This document shows, one piece after another, positions 12,501 to 25,564 of a stretch of 64,000 nucleotides of DNA; the first letter of the stretch is position 1; each line of letters starts with the position of its first letter. The notes under the pieces are model-generated. The model had not been told where the DNA came from, did not search any database, and saw only the letters and a list, made by a program, of their open reading frames with translations. A program made the translations under genes and the position numbers. Origin of the DNA: Eledone cirrhosa. Its lineage: Eukaryota. The DNA lies in assembly GCA_964016885.1 (NCBI GenBank), contig OZ024743.1, positions 79,174,001-79,238,000 of the forward strand. Reading direction: 5' to 3'.

Positions 12501-15390
12501 ACTGTTGTTGTGTTTGTTACTGTTGTGAAATATTGTTTGTACTGTTGTTGTGTTTGTTACTGTTGTGAAATGTTGTTGTTACTGTTGTTGTGTTTGTTAC
12601 TGTTGTGAAATATTGTTGTTACTGTTGTTGTGTTTGTTACTGTTGTGAAATATTGTCGTTACTGTTGTGTTTGTTACTGTTGTGAAATATTGTTGTTACT
12701 CTTGTGTTTGTTACTGTTGTAAAATATCGTTGTTACTTTTGTTGTGTTTGTTACTGTTGAGAAATATTGTTGTTATTGTTGTTCTGTTTGTTACCGTTGT
12801 GAAATATTGTTGTTACTGTTGTGTTTGTTACTGTTGTGAAATATTGTTGTTACTGTTGTGTTTGTTACTGTTGTGAAATATTGTTGTTACTGTTGTGTTT
12901 GTTACTGTTGTGAAATATTGTTGTTACTGTTGTTGTGTTTGTTACTGTTGTCAAATATTGTTGTTACTGTTGTGTTTGTTTCTGTTGTGAAATATTGTTG
13001 TTACTATTGTTGTGTTTGTTACTGTTGTGAAATATTGTTGTTACTGTTGTGTTTGTTACTGTTGTGATATATTGTTGTTACTGTTGTGTTTGTTACTGTT
13101 GTGAAATATTATTGTTACTGTTGTTGTGTTTGTTACTGTTGAGAAATATTGTTGTTATTGTTGTTCTGTTTGTTACCATTGTGAAATATTGTTGTTACTG
13201 TTCTGTTTGTTACTGTTATGAAATATTGTTGTTACTGTTGTGTTTGTTACTGTTGTGTTTGTTACTGTTGTGAAATATTGTTGTTACTGTTGTTGTGTTT
13301 GTTACTGTTGTGAAATATTGTTGTTACTGTTGTGAAATATTGTTGTTACTGTTGTGTTTGTTACTGTTGTGAAATATTGTTGTTACTGTTGTTGTGTTTG
13401 TTACTGTTGTGAAATATTGTTGTTACTGTTGTTGTGTTTGTTACTGTTTTGAAATATTGTTGTTACTGTTGTTGTGTTTGTTACTGTTGTGAAATATTGT
13501 TGTTACTGTTGTTGTGTTTGTTACTGTTGTGAAATATTGTTGTTACTGTTGTTGTTGTGTTTGTTACTGTTGTAAAATATTTTTGTTACTGTTGTTGTAT
13601 TTGTTACTGTTGTGAAATATTGTTGTTACTGTTGAGAAATATTTTTGTTATTGTTGTTCTGTTTGTTACCGTTGTGAAATATTGTTGTTACTGTTGTGTT
13701 TGTTACTGTTGTGTTTGTTACTGTTGTGAAATATTGTTGTTACTGTTGTGTTTGTTACTGTTGTGAAATATTGTTGTTACTGTTGTGTTTGTTACTGTTG
13801 TGAAATATTGTTGTTACTGTTTGTGTTTGTTACTGTTGTGAAATATTGTTGTTACTTTTGTGTTTGTTACTGTTGTGAAATATTGTTGTTACTGTTGTTG
13901 TGTTTGTTACTGTTGTGAAATATTGTTTGTACTGTTGTTGTGTTAGTTACTGTTGTGAAATGTTGTTGTTACTGTTGTTGTGTTTGTTACTGTTGTGAAA
14001 TATTGTTGTTACTGTTGTTGTGTTTGTTACTGTTGTGAAATATTGTTGTTATTGTTGTTGTGTTTGTTACTGTTGTGAAATATTGTTGTTACTGTTGTTG
14101 TGTTTGTTACTGTTGTGAAATATTGTTGTTACTGTTGTGTTTGTTACTGTTGTGAAATATTGTTGTTACTGTTGTGTTTGTTACTGTTGTGAAATATTGT
14201 TGTTACTGTTGTTGTGTTTGTTACTGTCGTGAAATATTGTTTGGACTGTTGTTGTGTTTGTTACTGTTGTGAAATGTTGTTGTTACTGTTGTTGTGTTTG
14301 TCACTGTTTTGAAATATTGTTGTTACTGTTGTTGTGTTTGTTACTGTTGTGAAATATTGTTGTTACTGTTGTTGTGTTTGTTACTGTTGTGAAATATTGT
14401 TGTTACTCTTGTTGTGTTTGTTACTGTTGTGAAATATTGTTATTAATGTTGTTGTGTTTGTTACTGTTGTGAAATATTGTTGTTACTGTTGTGTTTGTTA
14501 CTGTTGTGAAATATTGTTGTTACTGTTGTGTTTGTTACTGTTGTGAAATATTGTTGTTACTGTTGTGTTTGTTACTGTTGTGAAATATTGTTGTTACTGT
14601 TGTGAAATATTGTTGTTACTGTTGTGAAATATTGTTGTTACTGTTGTTGTGTTTGTTACTGTCGTGAAATATTGTTTGGACTGTTGTTGTGTTTGCTACT
14701 GTTGTGAAATGTTGTTGTTACTGTTGTTGTGTTTGTCACTGTTTTGAAATATTGTTGTTACTGTTGTTGTGTTTGTTACTGTTGTGAAATATTGTTGTTA
14801 CTGTTGTTGTGTTTGTTACTGTTGTGAAATATTGTTGTTACTTTTGTTGTGTTTGTTACTGTTGTGAAATATTGTTGTTAATGTTGTTGTGTTTGTTACT
14901 GTTGTGAAATATTGTTGTTACTGTTGTGTTTCTAACTGTTGTGAAATATTGTTGTTACTGTTGTGTTTGTTACTGTTGTGAAATATTGTTGTTACTGTTG
15001 TGAAATATTGTTGTTACTGTTGTTGTGTTTGTTACTGTTGTGAAATATTGTTGTTACTGTTGTTGTGTTTGTTACTGTTGTGAAATATTGTTGTTACTGT
15101 TTGTTGTGTTTGTTACTGTTGTGAAATGTTGTTGTTACCATTGTTGTGTTTGTTACTGTTGTGAAATGTTGTTGTTACCATTGTTGTGTTTGTTACTGTT
15201 GTGAAATGTTGTTGTTACCATTGTTGTGTTTGTTACTGTTGTGAAATGTTGTTGTTCCCATTGTTGTGTTTGTTACTGTTGTGAAATATTGTTGTTACCG
15301 TTGTTGTGTTTGTTACTGTTGTGAAATATTGTTGTTACCGTTGTTGTGTTTGTTACTGTTGTGAAATATTGTTGTTACCGTTGTTGTGTT
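6570..15390. repeat. 8.8-kb G/T-rich minisatellite, 37/40-bp unit GTTACTGTTGTGAAATATTGTT+GTTACTGTT(GTT)GTGTTT
   Basis: Continuous tandem array of alternating 22-bp and 15/18-bp subunits that share GTTACTGTTGT. Confidence 0.97.
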
Positions 15391-15949
15391 ATAGTTGAGG
15401 GCTGAACATTATATGAATAGATACATATTATTTCAATGTATTCATAAGATTTATTTACAGATGTTGGATAGAAAGGTTCGCGGTATTTGTCCTGGATCCT
15501 TGCAAGATACCGGCTATGTCGGGACCTGGAGACGGATAGATTCTGTCACATTTAAATATGTCCAAGACACAATGTATGTCATTAAGGCCCCTCTGCAAAT
15601 TTATTAGGGGTTAAAGTCCCATGGCATGGCATAACCTTTATTTATAGACACCATTTGTTTGAGTCGTTCGGATGTCGGATTAGATGACTCGATCCATCAA
15701 AGATCAATTTTGTCGTTTCTCATTTTGAAGTCAATTATCAAAATCGAGGACCGGTGGATTGGTGGACCTTCTAAAGGGTCCGGTGGGACACTTTGTGGAA
15801 TCTTGTCACGTTCTGTCAGGAGTTGCGACCGACAGTTTCAACAATGGAAAAACCAATGGAAACATTGTTTGTTTGGTCAGATTGTTCTGATATAACGAGC
15901 GGTTGCTGTCTTTTAATGTCTATGGACAAAGCCTGGATGAATAGTTTAG

Positions 15950-16055
15950 AAGTTCGCTTCGCAATCATGAGGTTCTGGGTTTGATTGCACTGCGTGACAG
16001 CTTGGACAAGTGTCTTTTTATCATGGTCTCGGGTCAACCCAAACCTTGTGAGTTA
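15950..16055 (+). mobile_element. Degenerate tRNA-derived SINE fragment
   Basis: GCAATCATGAGGTTCTGGGTTTGATT...CTTGGACAAGTGTCTT resembles the heads of the SINEs at 28613 and 52905. Confidence 0.45.
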
Positions 16056-16423
16056 AAATGAGCATTTGGTGCCCAAGGCTAGCCATTCAATATGCGTCGC
16101 TCAATCCACGTATGACCTCCATTCTCTCAAATGTAATAATTTCAATTTACCGATGGGAAGCTCAGGAACGGACCATTTTACACTTCTTTCTCTGACCAGA
16201 CTAAGAAAATTACTAAGCGTGTATTTTCCTCTACATAGTAAACACTCACCCACACCAAATCATGGTACAGGTTATAACATCATATGAGTCTCGATACTGT
16301 TTATATAAATGCTGCAATACAACAAAGCTATTTACTGATTAATTTAATATTTTTGATAACTAAATATTTTTGATGTGTAGCAATGTTTATTGATTGTAAG
16401 AAATTGTATATTTTTATTATATA

Positions 16424-17015
16424 AACTAGCCTAATTACTCGCGCCTTGCTGCGTTTCACTTTTTTTTTTGTAAGAAAATGATGATTGATTTTAAATCAGT
16501 GATATAATTTATGGAGAAAAAATAAAGGGAAAATGTTAAAAAAGTAGAGGCATTAACTAATAATTTTTGTTGTCATAATTCTAGTGATGTTTTGCCATAG
16601 ATAAAATGTCTAAATTAGCCAAATTTTACTATAAAAGAGAAGTGCCTTTTTTGTTGATTTACGTTTAATAGAAAAAACCCGTGATAATAGAGGTTCCAAT
16701 TATCAAGTTATGGGCTTCCAAAATGTTCAGTATATGGGGTTTAACCCCCATTAGGGTGTCTTAATATTATTGAAATTTGCTGAAATTTTGTGAATAGGCA
16801 TCATATCTTGTTATTTACCAATAATTTAAATTTCATAAAAATCGAAGGGAAAAAATTTTCAGCGGGGGTTTGTACCACCGGGAAACCCTTTAATTAAAAT
16901 GAAATATACTTATCCACGTACCCTGGGCAATGTAGTTTCAGAATATATATGGTTATGGGGCTCTATCTCCAAAACCATAGAAGGAGTTCAGGAACAAACA
17001 AACAAACAGACAGGA

Positions 17016-17055
<40 letters not shown>
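16424..17055 (+). mobile_element. Non-autonomous Helitron/Helentron-associated (HINE-like) element
   Basis: 5' AACTAGC..TTACTCGCGCCTTGCTGCG and 3' (ACAA)n-CAGACAG-AACTTTATATATAT termini resemble HINE/DINE-1-like elements. No ORF. Confidence 0.45.
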
Positions 17056-17649
17056 TATAAAACTAAGTAAGTTTCACTAATGCGCCTCTCTGACGTCTCT
17101 GAGCTCTCTGACCTCTCTGAACTCTCTGTCCTAGACGGCGGCCTAGTTAGCCTTAATGGTCGCACCATCCCTGTCAATGACGTACCTCACTGAGGTTTGT
17201 ACCCTGGGTAACTTTAATTGGCCTTAATGGTATCGCCGGCCATGACAGTTCCCCAAAATAGATCTGTTGGCAAGTAATATATGCTAAATTTAATATAGCA
17301 TTAAGACCTCTCTATGTTATAATGTCACTTTAAAAGTAAGTAGTTTTAAAAGGAGAAACAGGAAATACTTGAGAGTTCAAATCTCATTAGGTGTTTTATA
17401 AACAAAAGGAAACCCTTTAATTATTTCTAACATTACAAAATACTATGTCATTCGCTGTGTCTTTTCACTAAATGACAGTGAGCTGGCAGAAATAACTTAG
17501 AATGTCACGGTGTCCCTTCTGGTCCTCTGCTGTAACATAAGTTCAAATCCCACAGAGGTCAACTTTTCATTTCTTCTCGAGGTAAATAAAGTATCAGACC
17601 TGCATAGTGGCTGATTCTCCCTCCTCTCACACACACAGACACACACACA

Positions 17650-17758
<109 letters not shown>

Positions 17759-17793
17759 TTTCTCTCTCTCTCACTCTCTCTCTCTCTTTTTTT

Positions 17794-17846
<53 letters not shown>

Positions 17847-17889
17847 ATATTATAGTTGAAACAGAAAACAAAAAAACAACATATATATA

Positions 17890-17923
<34 letters not shown>

Positions 17924-17995
17924 AGGATTTCTACTTATATGAATATATATATATATATATATATGTGTGTGTATATATATATATATATATATAAT

Positions 17996-18052
<57 letters not shown>

Positions 18053-18221
18053 GCATATATATATACACACACATATATATACGTGTGCCTATGTGTATGT
18101 ACGTGTGCATGTGCATGTATCTGCATGTACGTGCATGTATGCGTGTGGGTGTGTGTGTGTGTGTGTTTGTGCCTGTGTATGTGTGCCTATGTGTATGTAC
18201 GTGTGCATGTGCATGTATGTG

Positions 18222-18258
<37 letters not shown>

Positions 18259-18579
18259 GTTCGTGTGTGCGTGTGTGTGTGCATGAGTGTCTGTGTATGT
18301 GTATGTAGGAGTATATGCGTACTTACATATGTGTGTGAGCGTCTGTGTGTTGACTAACTTTGCAAGACTTTATCCATCAGATAGTTTCATATGTGAAATT
18401 AACACAAAGCTTAAGTTACGGTCAACCTGTCTAGTGTCACGTGCCTAGTGTCACGTGTCTGTTGTAGGTTAGGTCATAAGTCCTGTCACGTGTTATAACA
18501 CTGACAGCTTGACAGAAAGATGACAGTGAGTGACAGAACAATAATTCTCTGAAATGTTGCTACCAAACCAACAATTTAA

Positions 18580-19005
18580 GAGGAGGAGAAAGTTGATTAT
18601 GTTCACTTCAGTAGCCAGACTGATATTTAAGTTTATAGACCCCAGAATAATGAAAAGTAAAGTTGACGTTGGTGGGATTTGAACTCAGAACCTAATCTGC
18701 TGGAACAAATACTTCGAAGCATTTTTCCAACGCTCTACTGTCTCTACCAAACCTCTGCCCTGGATGACAGACTAATAATTGTTTCTACTTTTGGCACAAG
18801 GCCAGCAATTACCCAGTACATTACTGGTACTTTATTTTATCGACCCCGTAAGGATGAAAGGCAAAGTTAACCTCGGCGGGATTTGAACTCAGGAAGTAAA
18901 GAGCCGGAATAAATGCCTCGAAGAATTTTCTCCTTCACTGGCAAGGGCCGTAACTCTATGCTACCAAGCATGGCATCCGACCCTCTACCGATACTGCCAA
19001 TCCAC
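18580..19005 (-). mobile_element. Two tandem tRNA-derived SINE copies
   Basis: Same family as 6378-6545. Other copies at ~17480-17600 (+), ~41270-41400 (+), 41853-42232 (-, tandem pair) and 44770-44890 (-). Confidence 0.75.
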
Positions 19006-19011
19006 TAATAA

Positions 19012-20759
19012 CACCGTGTAACAAAAAAAAATGTTTCTCTGTTGCTGGCTTGTAATCACTTTTTGTGTTGTTTAGGTCCAAAATAAAAAAAGAAGTGCTA
19101 TTAAACAGTTAAAAGTTTGGGTTTGTAAAAATTCTCAGCTATTCAATAGAATTATTTGTATGCTGGATTTTACGTTGTCTGTAAGTTTAATTTGCTTATG
19201 TTGAATGATGTTTTTTATATATGTTTCAGGTTAAATTAAAATTATAAAATAAAGAGTAATACCTAAAGAAAATTATAAAAGTGCAATAAAGTATAAAATT
19301 GTTAAATAGTGGATTAAAGAGATTTATTGATACTGGGGTACCAGAAAAAGTTCCTCACTTCCCAAACCAAAAAGAAGTCAATGACTTGGTCAGGGATATG
19401 GGTCTGACCAAGTCCAATGCAGAGCCATTCGTCTCCAGGATGAAGCAGTGGAATTTGGTCTAGGAGGAAGTGCAGGTAACAAGTCAGAGAAGTCGACACG
19501 AACCTTTTTCAGACTTTTACACTCTTAGGGATGACCTCTGCTTCTGCCATGAGGTGCCTGGACTGTTTGACGTTATTGGGGTGCCGTTTGTGCCCAAGGA
19601 GTAGCGGCTATTTATAGACAGCTCCACCACAAGTTTGAAGGCTTTCCTCTTCCACAATGGAAACAAGTTCCCGATACTGCCCCTAGCTCATTCAGTCTGC
19701 CTAAAGGAAGATTACTACTGTGTGAAAGTCCTCTTGGAAGCTCTGCAATACAACCAGTACAATTGGGAAATCATTGGAGACTTCAAGATGGTGGCTTTCT
19801 TGCTTGGACTCCAATGAGGCTTTATCAAATTCCAATGCTTCATCTGCCTTTGGGACAGCAAACGAGCAAAATGTGTAGTTGTGACCCGGAACGTCATGTG
19901 GGAGCCACTGGTTGATCCCAGGATTGTGCTCATGCCGCCACTGCACATTAAGTTGGGGTTGATGAAGCAGTTTGTGAAGGCTCTCAACCAAGAATCAGCC
20001 GCTTTTAAGTACCTTCTTGAGTTTTTCCCCAAGTTATCTGAGGCCAAAATCAAAGGTGGAATTTTTGTTGGACCTCAGATAAAGGTGTTTGAGTCTACCG
20101 AGTTCTCCAATAAGCTCAATAGGATTGAGAGAACAGCATGGAACTGTTTCAAGGCAGTTGTTAAGGGCTTCCAGGGCAACTACAGAGCTGAAAACTACCA
20201 GCAACTGGTGCAGTATCTGATAAAGGCTTTTGGCGCCATGGGATGCAGGATGTCGCTTAAACTCCATATGCTGGACGCTCACCTGGAAACATTCAAGGAC
20301 AATATGGGCGCCTACTCAGAAGAACAAGGCGAACGATTCCACCAAGATGTGAAAGAGATAGAGTGGAGGTACCAGGGCCGCTACAATGAAAAAATGATGG
20401 AGGACTATATCTGGGGGCTAATGCGGGAATGCGACCTGGACTTCAACCGCAAATCCAGGAAATCCAATCATTTCTTACGTGTATAAGTTGCTTTATTAGT
20501 GTTATTTGTTTTTACTTGTTTGCTTTTGATAAGCTTGTGTAATAAAATAAATATATACTCTGTTGATTTCATTATATGAACTGATAAATTTAAAAAAAGG
20601 TGTTTTTTCTTGAAAAATATGAAATTTTTAGAAATATCAAACTTCTGACCTCAAACCCAAACTTCTGATTAAATAATAGTGTTTTTGTTATAATAATGGG
20701 ATATAACAAACCAGGAAATGACACTTAGAACCGGGGAACAAATAGTATGTTACATGGTG
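19012..20759 (+). mobile_element. Chapaev3-type (CMC) DNA transposon, decayed
   Basis: TIRs CACCGTGTAACA / TGTTACATGGTG, TAA target duplication on both sides (19009-19011, 20760-20762), and an internal transposase remnant. Confidence 0.8.
19340..20486 (+). pseudogene. Chapaev3-like transposase with stop codons and internal deletions
   Basis: Motifs RLFIDSS..SLKAFLFHNGN, GDFKMVAFLLGLQ, CFICLWDS, PPLHIKLGLMKQFVKAL, MSLKLHMLDAHL, SEEQGERFHQD. Confidence 0.8.
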
Positions 20760-21233
20760 TAATGAGTATACCAGAGGAAAATCGAGTTAATAGAGATTGT
20801 GGCCTGGCATGACAGCCTCGCAATCACACCATCCAACTATACACACATCTGTTGACTCCTCCATCTATCTATTCATCTATCCATCCACCCGTCCATCTAC
20901 CCATCTACACGTCCATCTACCCATCTACCCGTCCAACCACCCGTCCATCTACCCATCTACACGTCCATCTACCCATCTACCCGTCCAACCACCCGTCCAT
21001 CTACCCATATACCCATCCATCTACCTATCTACCCGTCCATCTACACATCTACCCGTCCATCTATCCAATCACCCTTCCATTTATCCATCTACCTAGCCAT
21101 CTATCCACTTATCAACTCCACCATTCCACCACTCATTGATTCATCCAACTACCCATCTACCCAGCAATACACACATTTACCTATCTAGCCACCCGACAAC
21201 CTATCCAATCATCACGATCCCACTTATCCCACC

Positions 21234-22140
21234 CAACCATCCACTCAGTCATCCAGCCACCCACCCTACCAACTACCCCCAACCATCCACACAGTCATCC
21301 AGCCACCCACCCTACCAACTACCCCCAACCATCCACTCAGTCATCCAGCCACCCACCCTACCAACTACCCCCAACCATCCACTCAGTCATCCAGCCACCC
21401 ACCCTACCAACTACCCCCAACCATCCACTCAGTCATCCAGCCACCCACCCTACCAACTACCCCCAACCATCCACTCAGTCATCCAGCCACCCACCCTACC
21501 AACTACCCCCCAACCATCCACTCAGTCATCCAGCCACCCACCCTACCAACTACCCCCAACCATCCACTCAGTCATCCAGCCACCCACCCTACCAACTACC
21601 CCCAACCATCCACTCAGTCATCCAGCCACCCACCCTACCAACTACCCCCAACCATCCACTCAGTCATCCAGCCACCCACCCTACCAACTACCCCCAACCA
21701 TCCACTCAGTCATCCAGCCACCCACCCTACCAACTACCCCCCAACCATCCACTCAGTCATCCAGCCACCCACCCTACCAACTACCCCCCAACCATCCACT
21801 CAGTCATCCAGCCACCCACCCTACCAACTACCCCCAACCATCCACTCAGTCATCCAGCCACCCACCCTACCAACTACCCCCCAACCATCCACTCAGTCAT
21901 CCAGCCACCCACCCTACCAACTACCCCCAACCATCCACTCAGTCATCCAGCCACCCACCCTACCAACTACCCCCAACCATCCACTCAGTCATCCAGCCAC
22001 CCACCCTACCAACTACCCCCAACCATCCACTCAGTCATCCAGCCACCCACCCTACCAACTACCCCCCAACCATCCACTCAGTCATCCAGCCCCCCACCCT
22101 ACCAACTACCCCCAACCATCCACTCAGTCATCCAGCCACC
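21234..22140. repeat. 46/47-bp C/A-rich minisatellite (CAACCATCCACTCAGTCATCCAGCCACCCACCCTACCAACTACCCC)
   Basis: ~20 tandem units, preceded by a degenerate (CCAT/CTAC) region from ~20860. The 352-aa ORF is a repeat translation. Confidence 0.95.
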
Positions 22141-22460
22141 AACCCAGCCACCCACCATCCACTTACTCAGTCATCCACCCACCCACCCACCTAACCAGTT
22201 ACCCCTATCCAGCTACCCACCACTCACCATCCACCCAGTCTAATACCCAACTATAATAAACACCTGGTCTCATGTAATCCCTCATACCACCCCAACCTCT
22301 CCCTAATACTCATTAAATACTAATACCTTCCTCCTCCGCGTTTCGTAAAACATTTAATTCCGTCTTTGTTTATACACACTTACACACACACACATGTATA
22401 TATATATGTGTGTGTGTGTAAGTGTAAGTGTGTATATATATATATGTATATATGTGTGTG

Positions 22461-22492
<32 letters not shown>

Positions 22493-22498
22493 TATATA

Positions 22499-22572
<74 letters not shown>

Positions 22573-22575
22573 ATA

Positions 22576-22620
<45 letters not shown>

Positions 22621-23182
22621 TCTTTTGTCTCTTGTTCACGATTTCACCGAGTTTATATTCCTGGGACTTGTCTATTTCTTCTCACTTTCCGTTGCTTAAA
22701 CCATTTTGTTTGTTACCCTAACGTCCCCTTTATTTACGTGTCCCAACGACTTTTTTTAGCCGTTGTTCGCACCAACCTGAGGCATATGGCCCTTAAAGCG
22801 ATGAAATGCCTGGGACGGTTGGAGGGTCACTGATGAAGGACTCACTTTTTCATATGCACCACCATTTGCAATGCGCAGCCATCATTATTATCATATTTAC
22901 ACATAATTTTCTTCTGCTGCTATCCGTCCGTTTCGCCCTTTGTACCTTTACCCTTTCTCGTTCTTTGTACCTTTTACCCTTTCTAGCAGTCTCTCTCTCT
23001 GTTAGCCTCCTCCTCAACTTTCACTCACTCATTCTCTGTCACTACCTCTCCTCCTCCTCTTTCCTCCTCCTCCTTCAAGTTTGACCTGTGTGAAATTCTT
23101 TTCTCGCGCGTCCTGGTCAAGCTGGTATGAAAATTTTTTTTCTCTCTCTCTTTCGCATTTGCAATGCGCAGCCATCATTATT

Positions 23183-23238
<56 letters not shown>

Positions 23239-23280
23239 TCAATGTATACCTTTGTATATATATATATATATATATATATA

Positions 23281-24480
23281 GCGGCGATGAATTAGTTTTG
23301 CGAGATTTTTTATATGAAATCGTGTGTCGAAACAAATATTGTTATACTTGGGGAGGGTCATATTTGTGTAATATTGCCAGAATTAATAACAGAACACACT
23401 CACTGTTTGGTTGGTTTTCGCTTCTCGCTTCTGTATCTTTTATATCGGTAATCTAATTTACTCGGTCCTCAATGTTGCCATTGACTGACCGACGGTCAAA
23501 AATAATACAGATACAATATAGACACAAACACATATATATAGTTTATCATAAATCTTTCGTTTCACATCTGCAACATCGTCAGTGGTGTTATTGTTTCCTC
23601 CTGTTGTATTGTATGTCTACGCCATTTTTATTCAGTCTGTCTATATATTTATTTATTTATTTGCTTGTTTGTTTATTTTATTTTGTCTTCTTTACGCATG
23701 CGTTTGCGTGTGTGTATAGTGTTTTGTTTGCTGTGTGATGGGTGACTAGTGTGTGTTTATGTGCTTGTTGTTATTGTGCTTGTGTATGTATTTATTTATT
23801 TATTTATTTATTTTATTTTATTTACTTATTTATACTTCTCTTAGGTCAGTGTTGTTTGTTTGGGTGTTGTTGTTATTCCATTCATTCTTTCTGTTTAGTC
23901 TTGGCCTTCTAATTTCTATTTCACTGGCCTCTCTGATTTGCCTATCTGCTGGGTCATTTCTGTTTAGATATTATTCTAATTTCTATGTTGTCTATGTTAC
24001 CGTCATGTTGTTGTCTAGCATGTTCGTATAGTACTGATCCGTTTATTCGTCCTTTTAGTTCCCCCTAGTGTTGGTCTATCCTTTCACCTATGCTACGAGC
24101 TGTCTCACCTATGTATGTTGTTGTCATGTTTCTGCAAATACCCTCTGTACATCTTATGCTATAGACTACGTTTCTAGTTTTACAGTTTATCCGGGGGTTT
24201 ACCTTACATATGATACATTTCCTATTGGTACAGTGGGTTTTCTTAAAAGGGTAGGTTTTGCTGATCAGGGATTTTATGGTGGTTCCTGGCTTTTCTACCA
24301 CCTTAATTTTTAAGTGGGTCTTTCTCAGGGCCTTTCTACACTGGTTAGCTAATTTAAGTTCAACGAGAAGATCTACACCCAAAATGAGGGAGCAGCCATT
24401 GGCGTCAGCATAGCTGGTGATGTTGCCAACCTTTTCATGGTATGGTGGGAAATGAGACTTAAAGATCTCCTTAATGAGAG
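23281..24480 (-). mobile_element. Penelope-like element remnant: GIY-YIG end plus 3' terminal repeat, with an inverted RT fragment
   Basis: Minus ORF 24065-24382 reads KVVEKPG..PF..C...[29 protein letters not shown]. Plus strand ~24360-24480 reads YTQNEGAAIGVSIAGDVANLFMVWWE, a PLE RT motif B-like (Naiad-like) stretch. Confidence 0.8.
23545..23586 (-). ncRNA. Hammerhead variant in PLE 3' repeat
   Basis: CTGACGA-T-GTTGCAGATGTGAAAC-GAAA-GATT-TA. Homologous to 43620-43661 and 33988-34032. Confidence 0.55.
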
Positions 24481-25049
24481 CTACCTAACTAAGGAAACCT
24501 CTTGTTGAGTCAAACAACGGTGTACGTTAAAACTATCCATAGTACAGAGTACTCACAACCTCTAACTGGATTACCTAAAACGATAACTTGTTATCCCACA
24601 TAATTATATATATATATATATATATATAAGAAAATGGTTTACCTATTACCGACTCTACTACCCTAAGTATTGAGTACTCCGGTGCGTTATGGTCCACCTA
24701 GTTCCTTACCACAATTCCTTCGTTATATATATATATATATATATATATAAGAAGAAGAAACAGGGACTGTGTAGTTGCTGGATTAGGTGTATTTTTAAAT
24801 AAGAGGAAAGCACGAACGCGAAAAAACTTTCCTTCATCAGTTGTCTGCTGGGGATCATGGATATTTCTACGCATTAATATATATGTGTGTATGTGTGTGT
24901 GTGTATGTGTGTGTGTGTGTGTAAATATATACATACAAACATAGATATATATGGGGAGGCGTTAGGGGGCGAGGGGGTGAGGTGGTTGAGAGGGGGGTCA
25001 GAAGTAGCAATTGAACATCGTATCATCATGTGCATTCGGGTGACTTCAG

Positions 25050-25530
25050 ACCCGCTTTTGTTTAGCAGGTACGTTCACAGATGAAACACTTCAGAAAAGC
25101 TGGGGCGTGTCTTCATACATTCTACCATGTCTGGTCAGACCACCCGCTGGGGTATGTCTTCATACATTCTACACCATGTCTGGTCAGACCGACTCCTGAC
25201 TTACAAATTGAACCACACTCACTGCAAATATGCCATGGAGTGTGTGGCAGTAGAACCATCTCACAAGTGGCTCGATTTTTTCCTGTCTCGTATGATTTCA
25301 GATGGTTAACAAAACCAATTCTTGTTAGAAGAAATCGGCCACAAACACAGCACCTCAATTATTGCTGGGTTTTTACCGACATTGCACTTGAATCCCGCTG
25401 ACGAAGTGAACGCTTCAAAACAGCACGCGCCACTCGTTGTTATTGTCAAACATCGTTCATACTTGACGATCTTTCCCCATGATGTACGTCCTTCCACCAG
25501 TCTCTCCTAGTTCTCCATATAAATCTTAGG
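25050..25530 (-). mobile_element. RTE LINE 3' fragment with C2H2 zinc-finger remnants
   Basis: Minus strand LYGEL..RLVEGRTSWG.., C..CGR....RIGFVNHLKS and HICSECGSICKSGVGLTRH. Confidence 0.6.
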
Positions 25531-25564
25531 AGCTTTATACATTACATTACATACATACATACAT

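Noticed and set aside
6590-13766. Cys-rich, metallothionein-like ORFs (KYCCYCCVC)
   Set aside because: These are translations of the 37/40-bp satellite, with the frame shifting every unit.
21136-22194. 352-aa Pro/His-rich ORF
   Set aside because: A 46/47-bp repeat that lacks stops on one strand and cycles through all frames.
22780-22850. Possible hammerheads (CTGAGGC..GAAA and CTGATGAAGG)
   Set aside because: The first has an altered core and weak stems, and the second has no following GAAA.
24800-24850. Minus-strand CTGATGA followed by a hairpin
   Set aside because: No GAAA or stem III follows, so at best it is a truncated motif.
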